A stretch of DNA of 64,000 nt from an uncultured virus (IMG/VR IMGVR_UViG_3300032246_002559) (taxonomy: Duplodnaviria > Heunggongvirae > Uroviricota > Caudoviricetes): the IMG/VR virus record IMGVR_UViG_3300032246_002559; one strand, written 5' to 3'. The translations under genes and the position numbers were made by a program. Below, one piece after another: positions 30,195 through 41,565 of this stretch. Below the pieces are notes generated by a model. It had not been told where the DNA came from, searched no databases, and worked only from the letters and a program-made list of their open reading frames with translations. The stretch's first letter is position 1. The number at the start of each line of letters is the position of its first letter.

Positions 30195-30788
30195 CACTAT
30201 ACTTCCATAGACATAGCCCCCGGTTGGGCAACTCCCGTACCCAGGAAGGCTGAGGCCGTTGGGGCAGGTCGTTGGGACCGACCGTCGAGAAGTCCCCTTC
30301 AGATTAGTTGCTACCAATCTGTCGATGACGCAGTGCCTGGCGAGGTTAAGAGGGATTCACGGCCAGGGCTGGGGCGAGAGCCTCAGGCTGCGTTGGGATT
30401 GCCCTGACAGCGGGACCAACGCGGTAAAAATGTTAAGTCCTGCGTCAAACCCTATCTTCTGGTGCGGGTTTCGCTGGGACCCCTCACGTCTACTCAGTAA
30501 TACCAGGTCTACTATTCCGGCGTCGTGGAACGACAACTAGTTCCGCTAGTTGAATCTGGATGAAAGCCTAGGCCATTCTCTGGCAAGAGAGAGTCACTGC
30601 TGGGCGTCGACGGGAAATGCTCGCCATCAACCACACAGATAAAATGTTCCGTATGGACAGAAAGGTGAAACGGTAATCAATAGCAACATAGAATCATAAG
30701 AAACACATGGGAAACCTGAGGATCTGTCTTGGTGTAGACGAATGTGTGTCTATCTCAAAATTCGACCGCGCAGAAATGGGGGGTTGAG

Positions 30789-31208
30789 ATGATAGAAAAA
30801 CGGGGGGATTTTTGGAAGTGTGACGGATGGAAAGTGATCCCAACTAATGGAGTTGTCCGTTCTTGTCGGGATGGCTTCAGGTTGGTAATGGGGGCGGGGG
30901 TGGCAGCTCAGGCACTTGAAATTTTCCCGAGATTGGACAAAACTTGGGGTGACTGGGTCCGACGAAATGGAAATATACCATGCGCGATACCCCAAATATA
31001 TTTAGTGAGTTTTCCCATTCAGCATTATCTTGCTGATCCAATAGACCTGGCATTGATACGTGCGTCGGCGCTCCATCTGGCCGAATGGGCTTGCAGAGAA
31101 GATCCAGAAGAAATAGTTCTGCCTCGCGTGAGTGCTGGTAAGCAATGGCAACAAATTAGACCGCTATTAGAATCCCTTCTCGACGATCGATTTATTGTAT
31201 TGTCTTAG
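30789..31208 (+). CDS. Macro-domain-like ADP-ribose-binding protein
   Basis: VIPTNG...VMGAGVAAQ...LVSFP...IVLPRV. Confidence 0.7.
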   Translation: MIEKRGDFWKCDGWKVIPTNGVVRSCRDGFRLVMGAGVAAQALEIFPRLDKTWGDWVRRNGNIPCAIPQIYLVSFPIQHYLADPIDLALIRASALHLAEWACREDPEEIVLPRVSAGKQWQQIRPLLESLLDDRFIVLS

Positions 31209-31230
31209 CTATATCTGTCGAAATTATTTG

Positions 31231-31258
31231 AAGGGCTGCGTTAAGCAGCCCTTTTTTT
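31231..31258 (+). terminator. Intrinsic terminator
   Basis: AAGGGCTGC-GTTAA-GCAGCCCTTTTTTT. Confidence 0.85.
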
Positions 31259-31329
31259 GTTCGTTTGAAACCATCCATATGGTAAGATCCGCTCAGACTT
31301 TAGTATAGGCAAGGACGGGGTATTCAAAT

Positions 31330-31821
31330 ATGACAACAGCCGGAGTCCCCGTAATGGACGTAATGATTGACTACATGATCCGCACCCATCTCTCCGACGT
31401 CGTCGACGTTGAAAAGGCAGCTTGGACAATCAAAGACCCAGATTTTGGCGACTACGTTTGCCCTCTTGCCTGGGACGAAGAAAAGATTGTGTCCGAAGTA
31501 CGCCGGAAGAACACCGTCTTCTTTGTAGTTATGGAAGGAGATCTCGTAGTTGGTTACGCTTGCGTTGCCAAAGACAAAGAACGGACGACAAACACCATAG
31601 AGCGCCTAGTTATACATCCACAGTTCCGAAGGCATGGCCTCGGCTCTTCACTTCTTTCCGACATAACGAACAGAACAAATTCCAACAAATTCCAAGCTCA
31701 TGTTCGCGAGCATGATGACCCTTCTTTACAATTCTTCTCTGCCCATAAGTGGGCGGGCAAATACTTCCGCAATCTATACGGGCGTGACATCGGAGGCGTA
31801 GTTTTCACTAAGACTCAGTAA
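31330..31821 (+). CDS. GNAT (RimI-like) acetyltransferase
   Basis: IHPQFRRHGLGSSLL acetyl-CoA motif; HVREHD. Confidence 0.85.
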   Translation: MTTAGVPVMDVMIDYMIRTHLSDVVDVEKAAWTIKDPDFGDYVCPLAWDEEKIVSEVRRKNTVFFVVMEGDLVVGYACVAKDKERTTNTIERLVIHPQFRRHGLGSSLLSDITNRTNSNKFQAHVREHDDPSLQFFSAHKWAGKYFRNLYGRDIGGVVFTKTQ

Positions 31822-32916
31822 TGATGCCTCCAGGTTATAATATTGAGAGGATTCTTCTGGTGCCAGAGTATGAGCGATGGCGATAATGACAGTTCTACAA
31901 CACCTTGAGTCGGCTCGAAACACGCTGGAAGATATTCTTGCTATCGCCAAGGATCACGACCTAAGATCATACCTGGCTAGAGCTTATGCTGACATATCGA
32001 TAGCCATCAGTCAATTAACTAAACAAGCAAGTTAACCTGAGGTTTAACATGAGGCCATACAAGCCATGGGCTGAGAAGATTATCTTGCAGCAAGCGGCAG
32101 ATAGAGCGGCTAGCCGCGACATGCTTCAGAAACTAGAGGTAACTATCGAGGATTCCGGAGAAGGCCACTACGTGGTTCTTAAGACCGGACGATGGGCAAT
32201 CAACGGCAATCAATTGCTGGGCCTAGCTCGTTACTTCAAGGGACTCTGTCTGGACGCAGACAAATCCCTTGACGATGCCATGGAGGAAGTCGACTTTCCA
32301 GGCTCAGACCTGCTTTCTGGAGTTTGAAAATGACGCTGGTGTTTATTTTTCTTATTGTATTTCCTTTATTATTCGGGTTAGCCGAGGTTTTTTCTGGACG
32401 CCTAAGCGACGACGGTCAAGATGTCGACCTAGTGGAGGATTGAGCCATGGCTCATATCGTTAAACCAGGGCACCTAAGACCAACAGTATTTCGCGGACGG
32501 TGTCCGGCATGCGGGGCTGTCATCGAGGCTGATCGAGCCGAGCTGGTATGTGAGACCTGTCCACGAGAAGGATACGAGTTTTCTCATTTCTCATGCTTAC
32601 AATGCGATGGGCGAATGGTGCTTTACCCGCGGAAAGACAAGAGTATTTGACATGGGCGACGACATACTGAATGACATTGAGATTTCGCACTGCGACAATC
32701 GTGACAGAACTCACTGGGATGGATGCGCTGCGACCCATATTGAGTGTGCTGTTGCCTATCTGGTTAAGCGAGCTAGGTCTGCCGAGGCGCGGGTGGGGAA
32801 ATTGGAGATTGAGATAGACAGACTGCAAACTTCTGTCCGCAATACTGTCTTGCAAATGTCCGCAAAAACCAAGGTCTCACCCCAAGAGTGGCTTGACTGG
32901 GGCAGACTTGTACTAG

Positions 32917-33501
32917 GTGAGGATTTATCCAATTGAAACCCTAGTTGTCCTCGCCAAAATCATCTTCTGGATATCGGTCGCCAGCAACCATTACCAGTGG
33001 ATGCACCCTCTGCTTGATAATGTGACAATATATAACTTTGTTCGAGCCGAAGCATTTGCTAAGGGATACTTCTATCCGTGGGAAGCAGCGCCTGGTCCTT
33101 CGATCCTGGCTGACCTTCACTACGCTATCCAGTCTTGCCGCAATGATCCTCCAGAGGATCTGCTCTACCTGCATCTCTACATCAGGACATGCCCAGAAGT
33201 TAGGGGCGGGACATTTTACTGGTGTCATCTAGAATTTAACCGTCAGTTCAGATCGCACTGCGAAGCCCAGGAGACTTTGGGGGGACATCATGCTGCAGTG
33301 TGGTCTTCCGTTCGCAAAGAAGCAGAATTCCTCCATGATATTTATTTAGCGCTGGACATGCTGTCAAGTGAGAACGTGTGTCTTTATAGACGCAGGCAGC
33401 ATTTGGCTTTCGTTCGTCGCAGCCTAGGAGACAAGTTGTTTGAGTTGGGATATGTACCTCCGGTCGTTCCAGTCCATAGATTCACCCGCATCGACCCTTG
33501 A
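32917..33501 (+). CDS. Hypothetical protein resembling a Gemmataceae family
   Basis: FNRQFRSH...RRQHL...VPPVVPVHRF; resemblance from memory, unverified. Confidence 0.5.
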   Translation: MRIYPIETLVVLAKIIFWISVASNHYQWMHPLLDNVTIYNFVRAEAFAKGYFYPWEAAPGPSILADLHYAIQSCRNDPPEDLLYLHLYIRTCPEVRGGTFYWCHLEFNRQFRSHCEAQETLGGHHAAVWSSVRKEAEFLHDIYLALDMLSSENVCLYRRRQHLAFVRRSLGDKLFELGYVPPVVPVHRFTRIDP

Positions 33502-33569
33502 CGAGCTTGATTTATAGTCTTTCGACAACTATCAAATACTTGTTCGCTTTCACATACTAGGAGGGTACA

Positions 33570-33830
33570 GTGATGATGAGCTTTGTCTTGTGCGCAATCT
33601 TGACTTTGGGAGCTTCCAACGGCACCGCCCAGGGCGCTGCTGAAATTCAGGCGTCTAGGGGACGGATGTCTCATGTCGGGGGTAACAGGGGGTACGAGGG
33701 GGTGGGATTCTCCACATCCAGTGCCCAGGCCGCCATCCGGAACTGCTGCTATTGGGGCACGAAGACACCAGTAGACATCGGCGTTTGCCGCGGCCGCAAT
33801 GGCTGGTATGCGTGCGTTCGATACCGATGA
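33570..33830 (+). CDS. Small secreted Cys-containing protein, planctomycete-like
   Basis: Signal peptide; EGVGFSTSS...RNCCYWG...GRNGWYACVRY. Confidence 0.6.
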   Translation: MMMSFVLCAILTLGASNGTAQGAAEIQASRGRMSHVGGNRGYEGVGFSTSSAQAAIRNCCYWGTKTPVDIGVCRGRNGWYACVRYR

Positions 33831-34885
33831 TTTGGAGCAATTTATGATGCAGTTTTTGTATTTAGAGTTCTGGTGGGCGATTCATAATCTCGTCGCCCAC
33901 CCATTGTCCCAGTTGGCCTGGTGGGCGAGCCTTTTTGGAACAATTAAGTGTCTGGCTTTTTTTAGCGAATGGGTACACGACTGGACTGTCCCTATTCACG
34001 ACGACGAAAATGGTGGCAGAGGATGAGCATGAATTACTCTGTTACTATCGTCAGGACACAAAAATATCTTGTTGAGGTTACCTCTGTTAATCGACGCAAT
34101 GCACTTTTTCAGGCTGAAGCGCTTGTAGTAGAAGATCCACTCAAATACGAAACGGAAGCTAGTACCGTTTCAGTGGTAAAAAATCAGTGCGGTCCAGGCT
34201 ATGAATGGGTAAACAAACATGAATGAAGAAGAATGGGAACAACAACCCACCTCGCTGTTGTTGTCAACGCTCGCCTTTGTTTTTTTCTGCTGTATTGCTT
34301 CGGCAATGATAGCTGCTTTTTTGTATTGTTTTTGCTTGCTTATTGAGGTGGTCATAATTGCTTTCTCTTGAGTTAAGAATTATGACAATTTCAACGCATG
34401 TAAATGCTATAATTTCTCTTGCTCAAGGTCTTGACAAGGATTGGGCTATAACTTCCGCAAGGGTCAAGATCACCTATCTTTCCATGATCCAGAAATGGGC
34501 CAAGCAGCTTGAAGAGATTGCTATGTCCGAAGTTAATGTTCTGGAACAAACCGAGAAGTTCATCGAGGAATAAGAAATGACCGAAATTGAGCAATTGATT
34601 TTAATTGTTCTTGGCCAAGACGAATCGAAAAGTTTGGAGCAGCACTTGGAAGATATTCAAAAGGCCGACCTAACGTCCAGCTCAATCATAGAAAATCTTG
34701 GTGGATATCGGCAGATGTCAAAATTAATACCGCTCATTCGTCAAAGGATTGAGGCTGAGAAGTCGCCTCATGTTGTAGACGCGACTAATTGAGGCTTCGC
34801 CAGGCCCCGTCAGGGTTATTGTCTTGCGGGAGAACAAGACTTTTGGCTGGCGACAACAGCCAATGATTGCGAGGAGATAATTACC

Positions 34886-35416
34886 ATGTACTTAATGAGA
34901 CCAGACCAGAATTCCCGCCAGGGGCTAATAGATTTGTGCGACGCTTTGTCTGCCAAAGGAGAAATTCGCTCGATCGTTGAGGTCGGGTCATTCACTGGTG
35001 AGTCCGCCGAGATTCTGCACGACCATTTGCCTAAGGCCGACATCTTTTGCGTAGACCCCTGGCGCCCTGGGTACGACGACAAGGACATAGCCAGTTCGCA
35101 TGATATGACCGAGGTCGAATCTGCGTTTGATAAGCGCACAGCAGCCTGTGAAAGAATTCTTAAGCTCAAAGGAATATCTCGAGATTTTGAGGACAACTTT
35201 GAGCTATTGTCTGTAGACGCAGTCTATCTCGATGGTTGTCATACTTATGAGTCTCTAAAGGACGACATTGAGTTTTGGGTATCTCGTTGTAGATTGGCTG
35301 TTTGCGGCCATGACTACACAGAAAACTGGCCAGGGGTATGCAAAGCGGTAGATGAAGTCTTCCATAAGCCCGACCATGTTTTCTCGGATGGTTCTTGGCT
35401 CAAATGGGTCTCGTGA
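34886..35416 (+). CDS. Class I SAM methyltransferase (Methyltransf_24-like)
   Basis: VEVGSFTGES, VDPW, YLDGCHTYE, CGHDY. Confidence 0.88.
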   Translation: MYLMRPDQNSRQGLIDLCDALSAKGEIRSIVEVGSFTGESAEILHDHLPKADIFCVDPWRPGYDDKDIASSHDMTEVESAFDKRTAACERILKLKGISRDFEDNFELLSVDAVYLDGCHTYESLKDDIEFWVSRCRLAVCGHDYTENWPGVCKAVDEVFHKPDHVFSDGSWLKWVS

Positions 35417-36138
35417 GATAAGTCACCTTCATTGCCAAGTCGAATTCCCATATATTTAAGTGTTGAGAGGGAATATCGATGGTCGCAAAATGTCGTTCGT
35501 GCAAATGGCATATATTTTACCCAGACGACCCAAACGTATACCAAATGGTTGCGCTTTATAAGTCGTTGTTTCCAAATTCTTGTAAGTGCGGGAATGTGTA
35601 CGTCGACGAAGACGAAAAGAAAATTACTTATGATGACTCTTCGTCTGTCATGATCTGGAACACTATAGAGCAGGATTGGATAAATGCAGGATGACCAGCA
35701 GTCTGTCTGAATACAGGAAAGCCGCCGAATCAGCCACTAGAACGGCTGGGCTTAGGGTAGTTGCGGCAAAGGTAAGCCGTCTCAATGGAGAAATTGTGGT
35801 CGAGATTACAGTCGGACCACACGACAAAGAAAGTAATGCTTACGCGTTTATTACTACCCTGGCTGGACTTTTACAAAATCAGCACGAACGAACAACAGAC
35901 TATGAGCAATGGTGTTTTTCTTGCCCTGGAAACAGCAATCAAGGGTGTTGTTTTAAGATTGCTCCTGTCGATTACTATGAGCGATATGGCGATACCGACT
36001 TCGATCCATATCCTTATTTTCAACTGCCAGAAGATCTTGGCTTTAGGCATCAGGCGGGGGCGACTTTTTTTTACTCAGGAAATGAAGAAGATGGGCGCAT
36101 GGTGCTTATTAGACTGGGCCTGAAGGAGTATTTTTGAT

Positions 36139-36399
36139 ATGGAACACCTAAATGAATTATTACTGTGTGACGGTCTAGAAAAGGCATTTCTCGGAGTTTG
36201 TTACCGGTTCGGGCAAAGTCCCATCGCGATATATGACCAAGATAAAATCTTAAAAATCTATCAAGATCGTGACGGCATGACGCTTGACGAAGCTCATGAG
36301 TATTTTGAATTCAATGTTATCGGCGCCTGGGTAGGGGATCGAACGCCAGCCTTCATGAGCAGGATGAGTCTAAAACATCTGAGACAGTTGCGCGATTAG
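36139..36399 (+). CDS. Conserved phage hypothetical protein
   Basis: DGLEKAFLG...EAHEYFEFNVIGAWVGDRTP. Confidence 0.7.
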   Translation: MEHLNELLLCDGLEKAFLGVCYRFGQSPIAIYDQDKILKIYQDRDGMTLDEAHEYFEFNVIGAWVGDRTPAFMSRMSLKHLRQLRD

Positions 36400-36517
36400 T
36401 CACGCTACTAATCGGTAGCCCACTAAAAATCTTTGTTAGTCACTTGCGCTGTATATGCGGGTCATCGTATAGTATTCCTAATGCCGCCGGGGTGGTTGGC
36501 TGTGGAGACTACTGATT

Positions 36518-37075
36518 ATGACGAAAGATAATGTTCGAGGCCTACAGTACGGACGGCCCGACAAAGATGATCCTCGAAAGACTCCGTCTAAACCCAAGGA
36601 GCGCAAGAGAGGATCAAAAAAGAATCCTAAGGATTCAGCCAGCAAACCTAATAATTCTATCGATGTGTCTCAGGATACAGAAAAGAAAATCCGCGCGCTC
36701 ATGGAGGAGCACAACGCCAAAGAGCCGAAATTCAAGGCTAATATGGCTGCTCTAAAATCTGTTTTTCGCCGAGGCGCAGGCGCCTTCAGTAATTCACACG
36801 CTCCTGGGATGGATCGAACACGTTGGGGACTAAGTCGAATCAAGGCCTTTTTGTATTTGCTTCGGAATGGACGCCCCTCGAATCCTAACTATAAACAGGA
36901 TAATGACTTGCTGCCTTCCGGCCACCCAAGATCCACGAAGGATAAGTCTAAAGGTTCTCGTATCGACCAACTTTTCGATGATCTCCGAGAATTTTTGGCT
37001 AATGCTCAAGAACGGTACTTGAGCAAGTCGCATAAGGGGGAATCGAACTCAAGTCCAAGCGGAAGCAGTAAGTAA
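36518..37075 (+). CDS. Basic conserved phage protein
   Basis: LKSVFRRGAGAF...WGLSRIKAFL...DNDLLP. Confidence 0.7.
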   Translation: MTKDNVRGLQYGRPDKDDPRKTPSKPKERKRGSKKNPKDSASKPNNSIDVSQDTEKKIRALMEEHNAKEPKFKANMAALKSVFRRGAGAFSNSHAPGMDRTRWGLSRIKAFLYLLRNGRPSNPNYKQDNDLLPSGHPRSTKDKSKGSRIDQLFDDLREFLANAQERYLSKSHKGESNSSPSGSSK

Positions 37076-37501
37076 ATGTATCATGTCGATTTGGATGATA
37101 GTGGCGATTTTCGTTTCATTGATGATGCGGGTCGACCAGTATTTCCCCACGGTAAAAATCTAAATGAACTACAGGACATGCTGATCGATTTGTTGTCCGT
37201 GGTAGCCGATGCTGATGCTTTTGGCGGCGAACCCAGAGGCACTTGTTGGAAATCGGCACGAGCTAATCATTTGTCTGTTCACCCCTCTTGCGCCGCGTGC
37301 GGAACAAGGCGCAGCCTGGCAGTTCATCACATAGAACCGTTTCATCTATATCCCGAACGGGAGTGTGATCTGTCGAACTTAATTACTTTTTGTCCAATTT
37401 GCCATTTGATTTTTGGACATCTTAAATCTTGGCAAAGTCATAACCCTCAAGTTATTAGTGACGCTGAGGGGTTTTTAGAGAAGGTAAGAAGGAGGCCTTG
37501 A
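37076..37501 (+). CDS. HNH endonuclease
   Basis: CAACG...VHHIEP...NLITFCPICH. Confidence 0.85.
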   Translation: MYHVDLDDSGDFRFIDDAGRPVFPHGKNLNELQDMLIDLLSVVADADAFGGEPRGTCWKSARANHLSVHPSCAACGTRRSLAVHHIEPFHLYPERECDLSNLITFCPICHLIFGHLKSWQSHNPQVISDAEGFLEKVRRRP

Positions 37502-37878
37502 ATGAAAACTGCATATTATCTTCTGGTAGTGGGATGGGGCGCGCTTATATGGGGTGCGTCAATTCATGGTAAGGCGGAATCAGAACATAGGATTCTTCAG
37601 GAGTCGGTGATGATAGAGCGTGGACGTTCTGCTCTTCTTCAAGATGAAATAGGCGAACTATCTCGTCGCCCGACTTACGAGCAAGGTTATCGCGACGCGA
37701 TAATTCGTGCTGGTACTCCTGAGGCGCCAGGGAACTATAAGGATGGTTACTACGCAGGATTTTTGTCTGTCGCAGATGCAGGCTATGCTGACGGCTATCA
37801 TGCCGCCCTTGAGCAGTTCGGCCACAAAGAAAATCCGCGGGCCAAGCTACCCTTAGCAGTAAGCATGGAGGGGAAGAA

Positions 37879-38406
37879 ATGAGCATATTGAGCGTAAAAC
37901 CAATTCGCGAGGTGAGTGACCAAGAATACGAAGAAGCTCTTGAGCAGTATACCCCCTGTCTTGCGAAGAACGCCGTACGTTGGCGCAAAACCTTAGGCAT
38001 TGATGAAGCGCGGCATCTCGGAACGATAGCTCTGTGGAGAGCCATGCAATCTTATGACCAAAACCGAATGAGCCGCAAAGGCGAAAAAGCTAATTTTTTA
38101 ACTCATCTGATGAACTACCTTCATTGGACTTGTCTTGAAGCCCAAAAGGTGGAGTTGAAGACCCCATTCGCTCGTAATCTTTTACCGTCAGATGCTTTGG
38201 CTGCCTCAAGTGAAATTGACGACCGATGCGAGGCAATTAAGCCTCATCTCAACCAGAAGCAAAAGGATGTCGTCGACTTGCTTAGGGAGGGAAAGGACGC
38301 AACATTTATTATGGGCGCCTTATGCCTGTCTAGACAGCGCATTCACCAGATCTTTGCGGAGATCCGAATTATCCATATGGATCTTTCTAAGGCCGGAAGA
38401 TTTTGA
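37879..38406 (+). CDS. Sigma-70 family sigma factor
   Basis: IALWRAMQSYD...FLTHL; region 4 LNQKQKDVV...LSRQRIHQI. Confidence 0.8.
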   Translation: MSILSVKPIREVSDQEYEEALEQYTPCLAKNAVRWRKTLGIDEARHLGTIALWRAMQSYDQNRMSRKGEKANFLTHLMNYLHWTCLEAQKVELKTPFARNLLPSDALAASSEIDDRCEAIKPHLNQKQKDVVDLLREGKDATFIMGALCLSRQRIHQIFAEIRIIHMDLSKAGRF

Positions 38407-38568
38407 TAAAAAATGAGCCGCCCCCCTATTCTGGGGGGCGCGCTTGTTTTTACTGAATCATAAGATCAAATAGAGATTATAAAAAAAAATGAATCTAACT
38501 ATTGTGTAGACTGTACAAACTCATACAATAACTACTAGTACATTTAACCAACGACATGGAAAAAACCC

Positions 38569-39753
38569 ATGACAGACACCAAGATCATTGGAAATGGAAG
38601 AGTCGGCGACTTCGTGATTGCCAACCAGAAACTTGGAACACAGGAAGGGTTTAAGAACGTAAGCCTTAGCTGGTTGGAAAAATGCCGTACCTACGATCAA
38701 GGCATGGATCAACTTTTGGCGGGGAGAGCTAAGACGGAAGACTTTTTGGCGACCGTCTCTAAATTTAGCCCCGAGCTTGTAAATGGCAAAATGCAATTTG
38801 TCCACCAGGATTCTGGACGTAGTTACACACCTACTGAGAACTGTCTGTATCACATTGCTCGTTGGGCTGGTACTGGACTTTTCCTTCCGTCTAAACTGAT
38901 GGTGTCGAGAGACACTCAAGACCAAGAAACACTCGCCCGCATCATATCTAATGGACTGCGTCGCGTCGACAAGGAAAAGCTTCTGCTTTGGAGAACAAGG
39001 CAAGATGGTACGCTTAGGGCAGTTCTAAGTGACCGATACATGACGGTCAATAACGAGTGGGTTCTTGATACCTTGAAGAAAATTCTTCCGGGAGGAAGAC
39101 TTTCGCACTGGCGTGGAGACGAGGACACCATATACGGCAATGTCCTGATACCCGACCAAATTCGCCAGGAGCGAGACTCTGATTACGGCGGCATGATATC
39201 TGTTGGAAACAGCGAAGTTGGTACGCGTCACCTATCTAGTTTGCCCAGCGTGTTTCGTGCAATCTGTATGAACGGATGCATCTGGGATCAGACTAATGGT
39301 GTCGCATTAAGACTTCGTCACAATGGCGATGTTGACTATGAAGCATTATTCGTGGCTATGAAAGATCACATTCATTCCCAGATCCCCCTTTTGAATGTCG
39401 GAGTGGATCGTCTGCTCGCCACCCGAAGTATGCGCTGGAGAGGTGACTCCATGGATCCTCTTTTTGCTCAGGTCGCTATAGACTTTAAGATTGCCCGTCA
39501 ACCAATGTCCAAGGTTTTGGATGCGTATGCTAAAGAGGAGTCTGCGTCGATGGATTCGCGCAAAACTCTGTTTGGCGTCATCAATGCGTTTACTCGTGCT
39601 GGGCAGGAACTTAGTAACGAGACCTGGTATAGTTTTGACAATATTGGAGGAAGTCTGGCGGGATATGGACAGCACGACTGGGATTCTCTCACTGGACGGG
39701 CGTGGTCAATTCGTGCGGCAACGGTAGAAAAAGTTCTTAGGTCGTCAGTATGA
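38569..39753 (+). CDS. DUF932-like phage/plasmid protein
   Basis: RAVLSDRY...ISVGNSEVG...FRAICMNG...TLFGVINAFT. Confidence 0.75.
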   Translation: MTDTKIIGNGRVGDFVIANQKLGTQEGFKNVSLSWLEKCRTYDQGMDQLLAGRAKTEDFLATVSKFSPELVNGKMQFVHQDSGRSYTPTENCLYHIARWAGTGLFLPSKLMVSRDTQDQETLARIISNGLRRVDKEKLLLWRTRQDGTLRAVLSDRYMTVNNEWVLDTLKKILPGGRLSHWRGDEDTIYGNVLIPDQIRQERDSDYGGMISVGNSEVGTRHLSSLPSVFRAICMNGCIWDQTNGVALRLRHNGDVDYEALFVAMKDHIHSQIPLLNVGVDRLLATRSMRWRGDSMDPLFAQVAIDFKIARQPMSKVLDAYAKEESASMDSRKTLFGVINAFTRAGQELSNETWYSFDNIGGSLAGYGQHDWDSLTGRAWSIRAATVEKVLRSSV

Positions 39754-40173
39754 GATATCGTCTTGCTAAATCTTCTAGTCGTTAAGATCTACCAAGACTA
39801 CTGGTAGGGGGGCTAGAATAGTGGTTAGTCTTCCGGTGTATTAATCGTTAACCTGCTTATTCGTGAGCAGCGATCATACAGAGGGACTTACCATGCCAGA
39901 CCTTTATGCCCACCCTGCTGTCTCGGGGCAAATGATTCCGCATGGCAATCAGGCGCTTACTCAGAATACTCAAGTCATTTCTGAGCAATTCTACGCTGAA
40001 GCTAAGTACATCAAAAAGAAGGTTGCTTTTGGCTCTTCTTACGATGTTTTTCCCACGGTTGTCGAGGCTGTTGTCATGGGGCAAACCTCTATGCCCAACA
40101 CAAACCAACCTGCGCCCAGCTCACGCGGATTTTCTTGCCTAGGTGATAAGATCGTCTAACTTTGAGGTGCCCC

Positions 40174-40527
40174 ATGGATTTTGCTACTTTAATCAAGAAA
40201 TTATTTGAGGCTCGTCAGGCCGCTCATCAAACTCATTTGAAGACTCGTTCATTTGCAGCCCATAAAGCTCTAAATGAATTCTACGACGGCATTCTTGAGA
40301 TTGCTGATGAGTTAGCTGAAGTAGTTCAGGGTGAATTCGGACTGCTCGATCTGTCTGTCGGAGCAGTTGCAACTCCTGAAGATTTCGCGCTATATCTTAA
40401 GGAAATGGCGACGGTGCTCAAAGCTTCTGGTCAATTAATCCCTGGCATCCAGAGCTATCACCTAAATATAATTGACGAAGCATTAGCTCTATCATACAAG
40501 ACTTGTTACTTGTTAACTCTTTCATGA
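40174..40527 (+). CDS. Ferritin-like phage protein (DUF5856-like)
   Basis: HLKTRSFAAHKALNEFYD...LAEVVQG...NIIDE...YLLTL. Confidence 0.7.
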   Translation: MDFATLIKKLFEARQAAHQTHLKTRSFAAHKALNEFYDGILEIADELAEVVQGEFGLLDLSVGAVATPEDFALYLKEMATVLKASGQLIPGIQSYHLNIIDEALALSYKTCYLLTLS

Positions 40528-40724
40528 TTAGATATAGGGAAAGTTTCGACTATACGATCGAAAACGGTCGATGGGTTTGGACGCGCGATTTTCTCTTGCG
40601 GCGAGGTTTTTGTTGCCTTGCCGCGTGCCAGAACTGCCCTTGGGTGGTCAGTATGGGTAAGGAGAATATCGACCATGATCCATTATGTCAAAGCTACGAA
40701 GCGCCCATCGATCCGATTCAGTAG
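40524..40724 (+). CDS. DUF5522-like Cys-rich protein
   Basis: LLRRGFCCLAACQNCPW. Confidence 0.65.
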   Translation: MIRYRESFDYTIENGRWVWTRDFLLRRGFCCLAACQNCPWVVSMGKENIDHDPLCQSYEAPIDPIQ

Positions 40725-40977
40725 CGCTATCGAGAGTGTCGTTTATAGCCTTGTTCCAGAATCACCCTCAACGACAACTCAAATCGTTGGCGTTGTGCTC
40801 AACTGGTTGGCTCGCCATCCCGAGGACGGCCCGATACGCAGCGCTCGAGAAATTCAACTCATCGTTGACAATTTGGTTTCTGCGGGCTGGCTTAGGGCTA
40901 GCTTGGCTGTTTCATTTAAGTCGGCATAACGGTGTATTTCCTGGCAGCAATCCCGCAATACTCTATCGGAGACTGCC

Positions 40978-41319
40978 GTGGAAAATTTCATTGCTCTCGC
41001 AGAAAGACTAGGTGTTTCGGCTGCTGTTTTAACAGCCATGCTTTGGGCCGCCTACAGGTTCGCCACTTGGTGCGCGGCTAAATTTAATTGGTTCTCTGAA
41101 AATGTCATTGTTCCGGTAACTACCCGGCATATGCGCTTTATGGACGAAATTTCCGCGGCCAACGAAAAAATGGGGGACGCCGTAGAAAAGATCCAGCAAT
41201 CGCAAGAAACCCTTGTTGGGCACATAGTTAACCTTCAAGGGGTAGTGCGAGCCAATAGTCGCCGTATGGGAGTGCTAGAAAGAGAAGCTGGTGTTGGGGA
41301 GACCGATGCTCGGGTCTGA
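40978..41319 (+). CDS. Membrane protein with coiled coil
   Basis: N-terminal hydrophobic helix; GGAG SD. Confidence 0.55.
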   Translation: MENFIALAERLGVSAAVLTAMLWAAYRFATWCAAKFNWFSENVIVPVTTRHMRFMDEISAANEKMGDAVEKIQQSQETLVGHIVNLQGVVRANSRRMGVLEREAGVGETDARV

Positions 41320-41565
41320 TGGGGGTGACCTATGTATGAAATTCATGGTATCCCGCCCGACATGAAAAAGTCTATATTGATAAGAACATATCCACTGACA
41401 GGACTAGGGTGGCAGCTAGCACAAAAAAAAGTTTGTCAAATGGAAGAAGAAGGTTACCGCAGCTTAAAAATCGTAGAAGTCAAGTCTAAGATCTAAGATT
41501 GATTCTAGCAAAGACATGAAGTAACATACTTACTAGGATCTAGTCCTAATCCTAGATGGTGCATC

